NCBI RefSeq assembly: GCF_006345805.1
Contig: NC_043003.1
Span: forward strand, 54,374,001-54,438,000
Source: Octopus sinensis
Lineage: Eukaryota
Direction: 5' to 3'
Length of the DNA: 64,000 nucleotides
Under the pieces are notes generated by a model. It had not been told where the DNA came from. It searched no databases and saw nothing but the letters and a program-made list of their open reading frames with translations. Position 1 is the first letter of the stretch. Each line of letters starts with the position of its first letter. This document shows, piece by piece, positions 51,981-64,000 of this stretch. Made by a program: the position numbers and the translations under genes.

Positions 51981-52433
51981 TAAAAATAATAAAATTTATA
52001 AAAATATATCATTTAATAGTAATCCGCATATACATGTACATATGTATACACACACACGTGTAAATATGTTTCTGGTTTGAATATAAGGATTATGTGTTTA
52101 TGTGTATGTGTGTACTTGATTTTATACATACATAAAGGTGCATGCATATTGCTATTGTAGCACGTCATATATCATATATTTATACATCATATATAATGTA
52201 TAAATACATATATTTTTATACATTATTAAGGATGTATATGTGTGTCTATATGAATGTATTTGTGCGGTTAGGCATTTGCATGTAAAGTTGGCGACCAGAG
52301 TTAGATTCATTTATAGATAGGAAGTACGAGTCCTACCACGTACATGCATCTTATACGCATTCAGAATCTTAGTCACAAACATATAATTTGATTTACCTCT
52401 CCCCCCTTTCTCTCACTCAAATACACATATACA

Positions 52434-52477
<44 letters not shown>

Positions 52478-52664
52478 TATATGTGAACATACATGCATAC
52501 AAATGTATACATATATTTACATTTGTTTCACCATAATTTTAATTATACGTAATTTACCTATGCAAGTATGTATAAAGTTATGCATAGCTGTGTGCTTATT
52601 TTGCACAAATATATATATGTATATCAGTATGTGTACATACCTCTCAATTATTCTCTCTTTCGAA

Positions 52665-52701
<37 letters not shown>

Positions 52702-53229
52702 GTGTGTGTGTGTATGTGTGTGTGTGTATTTATATATATATATATGCATTTATATATGTATATATGCATTTATACATATATATATATGCATATATATACA
52801 TATGTATGTATATATATATTTATATATATGTGTGTGTGTCTACACACACACACACATAGATTCATGCAAGAATTTAAGAATTTTAAATTTATTGTTTACG
52901 TATATGTGTGCATAATTACGGGTTTATGTGTACATGCCTGCATGTCTGTGTGTGTTTATGTATGTGTATGAATGCGCGTGTCTTTATTTACGTATTTATA
53001 CAGAGACACACAGCTTCCTACAATGGTATGCGTACACATTGTCACTAATCATACGGTGCGATCTCTTCATAACTTTAATCAATCGTTTCCATCATGTTTA
53101 ACGTAGTCTATGTTGGTTTCGTTTCTCCTGCATCCTTCCCCTGACATTTTCCATTTCTATCTCTTCCCCTTCGCCGCTCAATGTTCTCCACCACATTCAC
53201 ACACACACACACATACACACACACACACA

Positions 53230-53268
<39 letters not shown>

Positions 53269-53876
53269 TCACTTTTATATTTTTATTGTCTTTCATTGAT
53301 TACCATCTTCAGATCTTATGAATTCCGCGCTCAGCAGACTACCGACACCGCCACCACCACATTAACAACCACACAATCATCACATCCACCACGATCTCAA
53401 CCACCAACACCGCTATTACTACCTCCAGCACTTCACCTATCAATATCCCCATCACCTCATTATCGTTATCAAACCCCATCAAATCTTCATTTAACATCAT
53501 ACAATATGGAGTTCCAGCGTAAATAAAAGAGGCCAAGTCCGCAACTGTCCTCTTCTACTCGGCCCTATAGCGGTTGTCATGTCACATTGACGTGTTGTTT
53601 CGTACATACAGGCTATTTATTTTATTTTAACATTTGGTCGACTAAAAGTACCATAATGTGATAACGTCAAACATCATTTTAATCAATTGTAATTTTTGAA
53701 ACTGAGATAATAATGATTAGCGCTGCTGCAATATTTTCTGTTAGCTTTTTACAGTTTTGATGATTTTATTTCATCGTATTATTATTTTATGATATTTTTC
53801 CCCCGATTTTCTCTTAAAATATTTCAGTTTTTGTTTGGTTTGTTTTCGTATATTTCAGTGCATATGAGTGTATACA

Positions 53877-53907
<31 letters not shown>

Positions 53908-54236
53908 GTTCATACATCTTTGTATGATTCTGTATGACGGTGTGTTGGTGTGTGTGTATGTTGAATGTTGTGTCAAATACTGCAAACATATTTTTATAGC
54001 ATGACACAACATACAGAGATACACAGATATATAAGACAGATGCAGACATATACATATTATATAAGTACGTATATATATATATATATTTATTTATATATAT
54101 ATTATATATATATACATATTGTTATATATATATATGTACATATATATATAATATTGTGTATATATATTATATAATATATATATATATATACACATAGATG
54201 TAAAATTTTTGACAAGACATTCACATCTCTTTCTCT

Positions 54237-54282
<46 letters not shown>

Positions 54283-54442
54283 ATATATATAGATAGATTA
54301 ATAGATAGAGAGATAGATAGATAGATATAGATAGATAGATAGATAGATAGATACTTATATACATATATATGTATATGTGTGTGTGTGTAGTATGTATATT
54401 AATACATTTGTATATATGCAAGATATACAGTTATCATGTGTA

Positions 54443-54493
<51 letters not shown>

Positions 54494-55476
54494 ATATATA
54501 TATATTATATATATATATATATATATGTCTTATATATATGTATATACATATATTAACCAGAATAGTGAGTATTGTAAAAACAAGAATCTATGAGATGCTG
54601 CGCAGTGCTTCTTTAAATCAGATTGATTAATAGTGTATTATAACAGCATTATAATTTGTTACCGTTTAAAAAGTTATTCTCATGATGGTATTTAAATTTT
54701 GTATATAACCGTTCTTTTGTTTAAGTTGTCTGATTATCGTGTTAGGATGTGAAATTTTTTTGCAGTACCAAGCTGGCAATGGGTTGAACTATAAGTTTAT
54801 ATGAAGATTTTTCTATCAAAATTGGAATGCTTTCCATATTATTCTTTCAATTTCTATACGTATTTTGATCATTGATATCTTGATTCTTTCCGTGATAATC
54901 CTAAAAGCATTCTTTAAGCTAACACTTGCTTGTCATAAACGTTCAACTAATACATACAACAGAAAAGGTGAGCAAATTTGACACAAAAATGTATGCAAGA
55001 AAACACACATAGATGAATATAAGGCCGTTAATCATCTCCATTTTGTTTCAGTTTGCCACGCCATGTGTCTAGCCCGGCCACTGCCGAGCTGGTGACAATA
55101 ATTCAATAGAAACGAATGTTTGAAGCCGTGCCCATATCTGAAGAAAAAAGAAAAACAAATTGTCTATTTCTTACTGGCATGTAAATTTTAACGAACTGAA
55201 TCTTTGAGACAATCACGCTTTCCAATTTCGTAATTGGTCGTAGATACCAATAGATTTGAAAGTTCCCTTGAAACGAAGATATGCTCTGTTTCCTTTATAT
55301 ATATATATATATGAATCAAAACCTCATGTGGGATCATATTATTATACATTCTCGAAATTCATGCCATGGGTCACTCTGAAATACATTTCTTCGCTTATTT
55401 TCGTATTATTTACACACAAACAAGTGCATGCGCGTAGAAAAATAAGTACACATAATCACGTAAATACACACTATCC

Positions 55477-55574
<98 letters not shown>

Positions 55575-56074
55575 ATATACGTATCTACATATCTACATAC
55601 ATACATATATATATGTGTGCGTGTATCTATTTATGCATTCATATATACATTGACCTACACCCTTATATCCGTCGTACATACGCTAGCTACACAAAAGTAA
55701 TACGCACTATCATTTTTTAAAACATTTATTTCTCCTCTCTTCATTGGATAGTTTCTGGAAGAATACGTGGTTTCCTTCTAGCTCCCCTGCCGCATTAGCA
55801 AAGTTGATGCAGATACCTTACCGAAGTACTCTGACTACCTACATATGAGTAAGTACATGTGTTACGATATAGCTGAAGATGACTTTGCTTTTACTTGAAA
55901 TTTGTTGGTATGCCAATATATTCATACATTTATTACATATATTTAAGATCACCTCCGGACAGAAATGACCAACGGATTACTCCTAGAAGGTTATGGCCTT
56001 GCATATTTTCTTACCTCTTCACGCCACCAATACAGCTTGGCACCAGTGACATCGTATTTCTACAGAATACAACA

Positions 56075-56149
56075 CACAATCCGGTCTGGGAATCGAATTC
56101 ACAACCTTGCGATTATAAGCCCGATGCTCTAACCACTAAGCCATGCGCC
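56075..56149 (-). mobile_element. SINE family C head (tRNA-like)
   Basis: Minus strand: GGCGCATGGCTTAGTGGTTAGAGCATCGGG...GAATTCGATTCCCAGACCGG; same head as 23548. Confidence 0.75.
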
Positions 56150-57289
56150 AGCACTGTTACTACTGGTATTTAATGTCTAATAAACTTCTAGTAACTTTTA
56201 ATTTTTTGCATTCAGTAGATGAATACGTAACTATATCATTATTGTAAATTATGGAATTAACTATCGTTTCGTTATAACAATTGAAATTTCTTTCATTCTA
56301 GTATTATAAATTATGAATAATTTTCCCGATTAAGAACTGACTACATTCGGCTGTACATAGTTGGCAAATTTTTTATTGCTTCCTGTAAGCAGGATATGCC
56401 AACAGAGCACTTTTTTACATGTTACACAGACATAAACAGTCTTTGTTTCTGATAATACATTCATAAACGAAATAACGGTATTTGCTGCGCTCTTTTCTCA
56501 CATTAATTCTGACCGTATCAGTCTCTACACAGCCCATTTTAGATTTCTCATAGAGAATTAGAGATCAACATAAATTATTCACACAATGTAAGCACACGGA
56601 GAGAAACATATACGTTCGCCTACATACCGAAACGCACACATATACATTCGGCAAAGGAAGTGAATATATCATACATATAAAAATTTTCAAAATAGATTTC
56701 ATGGTAAGTTTCGTATAATAAACCTACGCAGACATTCATATATATATATGCATATCATTTGTAGAAACATGCATACAGATATAAAGTGTAATCACTTACA
56801 CACATATAAACTCGCATAATAAAGAGACATAATTGTCTCTTATTCATAGTACACGAAAACTTACAGCTGTGCGCACATTAACTCTCATTTTCCAAAGATG
56901 CTTGTGTGTCTAGACTCAGACAAATTAATTGGCTTAAATTCTTTCTAGAACTTCAATATATATCAGTTAGAAACATGTACGCTTGGTGGCATTCTTACAT
57001 ATAAACATGCGTACATACAGACATATATGCTAACAAACCTGTCCTGTAAAATACCTAAATTATTCCAGTCGCATTTGTTTATCAATGTTTTTATTATTCA
57101 AATATACACAAGATACATACACATACATACAATACTCTATACACAAACATACGTTTCTATACGCACATATAACCATTCATGCATGACTAAGGACTTAATG
57201 TGAAATTACCCATGAAAGGTCATCTGGGTATCTAAGTTGGAGACCAACCCTATTAGAGAGAAATTTTGAAATATAAAATACGTACAATA

Positions 57290-57684
57290 GGCGCAGGAGT
57301 GGATGTGTGGTAAGTAGTTTGCTTACCAACCACGTGATTCCGGGTTCAGACCCACTGCGTGGTATCTTGGGCAAGTGTCTTCTACTATAGTCTCGGGCCG
57401 ACCAAAGCCTTGTGAGAGGATTTAGTAGACGGAAACTGAAAGAAGCCCGTCGTATATATGTATATATATGTGTGTGTGCATGTTTGTGTGTCTGTGTTTG
57501 TCCCGCTTGACAACCGATGCTGGTGTGTTTACATCGCCGTCACTTAGCGGTCCGGCAAAAGAGAACGATAGAATAAGTACTGGGCTTACAAAGAATAAGT
57601 CCCGGGATCGATTTACTCGAGTAAAGACGGTGCTCCAGCATGGCCGCAGTCAAAGAACTGAAACAAGTAAAAGAGTAAAAGAGT
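57290..57684 (+). mobile_element. SINE family A, full length
   Basis: GGCGCAGGAGTGGATGTGTGGTAAGTAG head through GAAACAAGTAAAAGAGTAAAAGAG tail. Confidence 0.9.
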
Positions 57685-58027
57685 ATACATAAGTTTATGT
57701 AGTCATTAATAGCAGCAAAATCATTATGTTTCTGGGTAAAGACTTGTCTGATGAAATGAGTTTATTCCTGTCTGTTTCTGACCTTCCAGAAAATTATCAT
57801 ATTCATTAATTTTCATTTCTAGCGTACGTAATCATATTTTTCATTGAAAAGTGGAGCACCGGTAATCAAGAAAAGATTTCTTTCTCTGCAGTCTTTCTCC
57901 ATTTCCGTTTCTCCATCTGTTTTCTCTCCGCATTTATTTCTGTACGTATGTATGTATATATAAATGCTTACATAGATTCATGCATACATACACACACACA
58001 CTTAAATACATGCATACATATATACCA

Positions 58028-58071
<44 letters not shown>

Positions 58072-58372
58072 ACATAAATACATGCATACACGTGTATGCG
58101 CACATACACTGACACACGCGCCTGCTCATAAATGCACACATGCTCATAAAAAAGAACGCAGCTCAGATAACAGACAGAGTCAACAACAATTCAAAAGGTT
58201 GCAGGACGCAACGAAAATTTTAGAAAAATAAATAATTAAATGAGCGGAAGCTTTATCGGTGAGTGTGTTAAATTATAAGGCTCTAAAAGAGAATGACTTT
58301 TTCCAGACACAACAGAATATGCTTCAACACACGAACTCACATAGAGAATTTTGGAAACCAAATCCCAAAACG

Positions 58373-58442
<70 letters not shown>

Positions 58443-58530
58443 CAAGTGGGTGCTGTAAATTTTTAGTCAATACTTGATAGGTGTATGCACGTGTATCTGC
58501 CAGATAGTGGCAGAGGTGAGAGAATATATG

Positions 58531-58768
58531 AAATATAAATTTAAAACAGAATACAAAGGATATCGCGGTACACGTGTTTCAAGCTTTGTAAACAATCTAT
58601 TATTACATCAGTGTATTATTGATATAAAAGATGGTTTAAAGCTCACTTCAGCAGCAAACATTGTTAGTCCAAAGATTACATCACAATATATTGTAATAAC
58701 AGATGGTTTATAAAGCTTGAAACTCGTGTACCGCGATATCCTTTGTGTTCTGTTTTTAATTTATATTT
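58531..58768. mobile_element. Inverted repeat (77-bp arms) of a Penelope-like terminus containing a hammerhead motif at 58565-58655(-)
   Basis: 58531-58607 is the reverse complement of 58692-58768. Minus strand: GCTG-CTGAAGT-GAGCTTT...AAAGCTT-GAAAC-ACGT-GTA-CCGC. Confidence 0.75.
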
Positions 58769-59600
58769 GCTATATATATATATATATGTATGTATATATA
58801 TACATATAAGTTTAAACGTTTGTGAATGTTTGCATGTATGCCCACAGATATATCTGTGTGTGTATCTGTACACAACTTTTTATTTTTCTGATTCTTAGTT
58901 TATAATTGATATATCGATAGTGTACTTATCTTTCCAGTATTCCGTAAGTAAATGCCCTGAGCAGTTTTTATACAAACAACCTAATAAGTAAATAAATAAT
59001 TATATGAATGAATATTAAACTGATTCTATATAATCTCCCCTTTATAATGTTGAAAATTGGTATATATATATATACACAGATTTTATCTATTTTGGTGATG
59101 ATATCATTTTTGATAATCTTAAATTTAATCTTAAATTGATAATCTTTAATTTAATCTTTGTACAACATAATATTGTTTATAAACGATAAAATGTTCCCTG
59201 CATTAACATCATAGGTTTTATTAGCGCCTTGCCCCTTTAACTGGTTAATAAAATCTTGATTCGGTTCTTCCCATACAAGACTACTTTATAGACAGTCATT
59301 TTATACTATTCCTAAAATACCTAGCTTTGAGTTGTCAACGTACTCCTGCCCTCCATTCTAAAAAGACACAGTCCTCTACTCTTAGATTTAGTAGTTGATA
59401 AAAAGACTAATAAATTAAAAATGAACCACAATCCTTTACAAGCTATGACCCCAACAAACTTCATACATTTCTTGGAAGTGTAGTATATTCGTAACTACAA
59501 TAACGACAACATGGATTTCCTCTATCTTCTTAGTCTATGAGAGTATTTGAGTAAAATCATATTAATGCGTTCGACTGATTAATTTTCTATTTATTTATTT

Positions 59601-59688
59601 GTGCAGCTGAGGATAGCCCTGCATTTAAATTAATGTAAGGATTGCATTGCTCAATTAAACGGAGCTGCTTGAAACGGTCGTACTGCAT
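59601..59688 (+). ncRNA. Type I hammerhead ribozyme motif, core intact, long stem II insert
   Basis: GTGCAG-CTGAGGA-TAGC...(~50 nt)...GCTT-GAAAC-GGTC-GTA-CTGCAT; 6-bp stem I and near-palindromic ACGGTCGT. Confidence 0.75.
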
Positions 59689-59883
59689 CACTTTTTGATA
59701 TCCTGCTGCTTATTTTGATTTTATGCACACACAGCGCACACACATGTATATTTATACATATATACATACATACATATATTATATGTGTATATATATATAT
59801 ATATATAATATATATATATATGTATATATATATGGATTATATATATGTATATTAGATATGTATATATATAATATATGTATATA

Positions 59884-59945
<62 letters not shown>

Positions 59946-60623
59946 ACGTATGTACATATATGTGTCTCTATGTGGTGGTATTGTGTGATGGACATATACA
60001 CTCGCATGCATGCTTACATAGCCACATAGGCATGCATTCATATTATCTCGCGAGTGAAGGCCATGGTTCTTTGTTTATATCATTAATGATAACCTGTCTT
60101 GCTTCAAAAGATTCAGTTATATGAATCAGTTAAAAATTGATAATCTATTTAGCTTTTCCATTATGGTATTTGGGATTTAAGTCTAGTTCCTACACTTTGA
60201 ATTTTCACCGACGTTTGGAGATAAAATTAAAAACCTTCAACTGTAACCGACATACATAATCGCATAATACAATAACACATCCTTTGACATCTTACTTGAC
60301 CAAATATTCGTGTCTAACGTCTAGACAACTAATACATTACAATTCATCAACTCATTATTTTGCTGACAAAGTCTGTAAATCATATTAAACTTATAGATAT
60401 TTCTTTTCGTTGATTACGAACGAATGCTCCAGTTTGTAGCCAATGAAATTATTGACAGACAGAGTGTGCGTGTGTGCTCTTGAAAGGAAACATGCATACG
60501 CGCGCGAGCGTGAAACTGTGAAGTAATTTCTGGGGAAATAAATGCACACACAAACACAAATATATATAAAGATATACATATATGTATATAGAAATACATA
60601 TGTATATATAACGTACAACTATT

Positions 60624-60691
<68 letters not shown>

Positions 60692-60708
60692 CCATTCAAT
60701 CAAACAAC

Positions 60709-60788
<80 letters not shown>

Positions 60789-60810
60789 ATATTTGGACGG
60801 ACGGACGGAC
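60624..60810. repeat. (TATC)n and (GGAC)n arrays
   Basis: Tetranucleotide runs directly 5' of the LINE. Confidence 0.9.
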
Positions 60811-63800
60811 GCTAGTCAAATGGGCTCCACGTAAGTGGGTCATTTTGTACGTTGAAAATTATTTATTGTGAAATATTTGTGTTTAAAAGTGTGCAACAAC
60901 ATCCACTGTAAACCTTTGATAAATATCTCCAAAAATTTTGCCCCTTGTGGGCAAAAATTTAAAAGAAAAAATTCTCATAGCTTCGTGGTTTCATTTAGCC
61001 ATTTTATTTCCAAAATGGGACTGGTCACCACGAGGCTGAGGTGCAAGTCAACCGTGACGCAGAGGCAGAAAAACAGGATGCTCTGTTACCTTACGCTGAA
61101 ACCTGACAACTCCGCCACCATCAACATCGACAACAGCAACAAATACAAAAACAAGGTCGCAAGGCCAAGCACCGTCAACACCATCAGTGAGTCCACCACA
61201 CCACCAACACCGAAAACAACACCATGGCAGAATCTGCTACTAAAAACTGCTATCCCTACTAAAGACGTCGCCACCAATAACAATACCACCATCACATCAC
61301 CGCCACCAAAGACCGTGCCGTCAATGTACTAATACTACTAACACCACCGCCGTCACCAAGAACGGACAATAACAACAACAACAACAACAACAACAAACGA
61401 CGACGACCGACAGCAACAATTCCCTTCAACCACTGCTCACTCCATCACCAACAAGTGAAAAAAATAACGACGACAAGCAAACGAAAGAACCGAACGAAAT
61501 TTGCGCTAATGCAGGACTAAATTACGCAGGCAATTTTACCCCTTGATAGTTGCCATAATCAGCAACCACAAACCTACAACCCACACCCTGCCATCAACAT
61601 CAACAGTAACAACAATAACAAAACAACAACAAACTTCGCCGAGGCGATTAAAAGAAAGGTAACAAAAGTTTCGTTTACTACACAACAGATTAAAGATTGC
61701 CAGAAACCCTTTACAAATTCAAAAACGGAAAAATACTCTTACACATACCTCAGCACATACTGAATGAGGAGAAAAAAAAGACAATTGTATATAAAATCAC
61801 AAATAAAAAAACAAAAAGTCCAGAAAAGGCAAGCACAGACAAAGTCGAAAGTGCTTACGCCCATCTGGGGATACAAGGATTGTGTGACTTGGGCGAACAA
61901 GTTCGCACACGTACAGGTGGTTTTTCAGAATGAAGAGTTGGCGAAGAAGAATTATCAACGATAACCCTTCATTTATGATGAACTAACGTTGACACCGAGT
62001 TACCTCGGCCAGAAGGTGACGAAAAGTCATTATCAGTGGTGTCCCCCAAGTGACTACAACACTGTGGATTACATCCGCCGTAACATCCGAAATGGAGGAC
62101 ATAAACATCCTAGATATCGGTGTTTCGGAAAACAAGGACTGGCTGGGAAAGAGAATAGAGTTCCTCTTCCACATAAGTCAAGAGGACATAAATAAAATCC
62201 CCACCCACGTACATTGAGGATGGCCGCAAGTTATACGTAGTAGTCGGGCAGAAGGCCACGATGCTATACATGTGGCAGTGAGGCACACCTCAAAAAGGAG
62301 TGCAAATCTGCCGCAAAAATTACAACAACAACAACAGCCACAGGAAAAAATACAAAAGCCAGGATTATTGCCCACACCACAATATGGACAGCTAGTCAAG
62401 AAGCTGTATGCGGAAATGCAGGAAAAACAACAAAGAACAAACCAACCCAACCAAACAACACCAACACCAGCGCCAAGAACAGAATCATCACACACAAACA
62501 AACAAATAAACCATTTCCAACACAAGAATAACAACGAAGAAGACAAGCACCAAGGATGTAGGAGAGACAATAACCACAACAAACCCCCAGCAACACCTCA
62601 CCGCGCCAAACAACAATATCTACAACCGCACAAACACACCCAGACGCTTTACCCTTGCCCCCTGCTGATTCGTCAGACTTTTCATCTAACGATGAAAGTT
62701 CGACAGAATGGCAAATAGCCACAGGGGGGTAAAAGAAAAAGATCAAGCAGAAAAACAAAACAAGAAATCGCAACCAAAGCAGGGAGATACCTGAACCTGA
62801 AAACTCCATACACAACAAAACAAGCACCAACACCACAAAAAACAATGCTATCAGCGATAGACACAAAAGACTCCAAACTAATGGAGTACATCACAGGATA
62901 CACAAACATTTGTGAAGAGGACTTTAAAAATAGCAATCATCCAACGCACTACACCACCCCAAACACATCAAATACTACACATCACACAAACACAACACCA
63001 CAAACTCAAAGCCCTCTTCCCAAATGATTGTAGGGGGTTTCCAGAAAAATCTGTCCCAAAAACTATATAGAAACCTCCTCGAAGACACATCAAAGAAACG
63101 AGGGAAGCCAAAACTTTCGACAAAGTAAGTAAACTCTCTGTACTTTCATTTGTGTGTTTTAAAGCACACACCCCAATAGAATCATGGTCAAGATTGTTGT
63201 GTGAATGCGCGTGGCTTGGGGTCTCCTTGGAAACAAGGATACCTCCTAAATGACATCAAGTCACATGATTTGGGAAATCATAGCCATAGTGAGACCAGAC
63301 TCCACGAGCCACGGGCCCTAAAGTCCATGTTTGGCGGACGGTTTAACATTTATTTCGCTCCCTGTCTGCCGAGGATGGGCGGTAGTGGCACCGCGGTCGG
63401 TACTTTTCACAAGAGCCTGGATCTCGAAGTCAAGACGATATTCGTAGACCCGGAGGGTTAGACTGATCGTTCTGGATGTGACGGCAGCAATGGGTGCGCT
63501 TTCGACTCGTATCAGTCTACGCACCGCCCTTAACAGGTCGGGCGGATTCTTTCGACGTCTAGAAGTATTCTGGGACGTCTCGTCCTTTACTCTTAGTGGG
63601 GGATTGGAATGCTACCTTGGACACGCAGTAGACTACGTGGGTAGAGACAGAAAAAGAAGGGGATGCAAATGCCTCAGAGACCTGCTCAGACGATTCCAAC
63701 TGTCTGACAGGGTACCGACTCGACCACCCAAATCCACCAACGTGGACATGGAGCAACCGCAGTGGGTCGTCGAGATCGTATCTAGATAGGATACTGTGTA

Positions 63801-64000
63801 GGACAGTAGACAAGGATAACTTAGGATGTCCACAATTCCACACAGTCAGCTACACGGATCACAAATTGGTGACGTGTACGCTAGACTTAGATAAGGCACA
63901 TAGACAGGGTCCTGGGTACTGGAAATGAACGCATCATTCCCGTCCAGACAAGTTTTCAGAGACCGGATTAGCACACTAGTAAAGAGGGCTTTGACGGGAG
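60811..64000 (+). mobile_element. L1/Tx1-like LINE: 5' UTR, ORF1 region and ORF2 AP-endonuclease (frameshifted; runs off the window)
   Basis: From ~63184 across frameshifts: VNARGLG, SETRL, GGDWN-like, SYLDRIL, YTDHKLV and GPGYWK, the motifs of an L1/Tx1 APE domain. The upstream ~2.2 kb is A/C-rich, Thr/Gln/Lys-rich ORF1-like sequence. Confidence 0.85.

Overview
AT-rich eukaryotic DNA, intergenic or intronic, dense in microsatellites. Its SINE repertoire and (TA/CA/TATG/TATC) arrays suggest a coleoid cephalopod (Octopus-like); this is an inference. No host protein-coding gene can be supported, and most ORFs in the track are microsatellite artefacts. The recognisable content is mobile DNA: an RTE RT fragment, a TSD-flanked Penelope-like element (RT thumb + GIY-YIG), two Dong/R4 fragments (one with an intact RLE endonuclease inserted in a (TAA)n array), a CR1 3' end, a mariner fragment, a complete non-autonomous Helitron, an internally deleted Ty3/Gypsy element, the 5' part of an L1/Tx1-like LINE, and about 18 tRNA-derived SINE copies from three families. 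The most notable hidden structure is a set of about ten type-I hammerhead-ribozyme motifs (CUGANGA...GAAA with a short, usually palindromic stem III), the type carried by Penelope-like terminal repeats. They come from several unrelated families and often sit in fold-back inverted repeats. One has a compensatory U3-A8 core, and one family joins a tRNA-derived Pol III head to the ribozyme.
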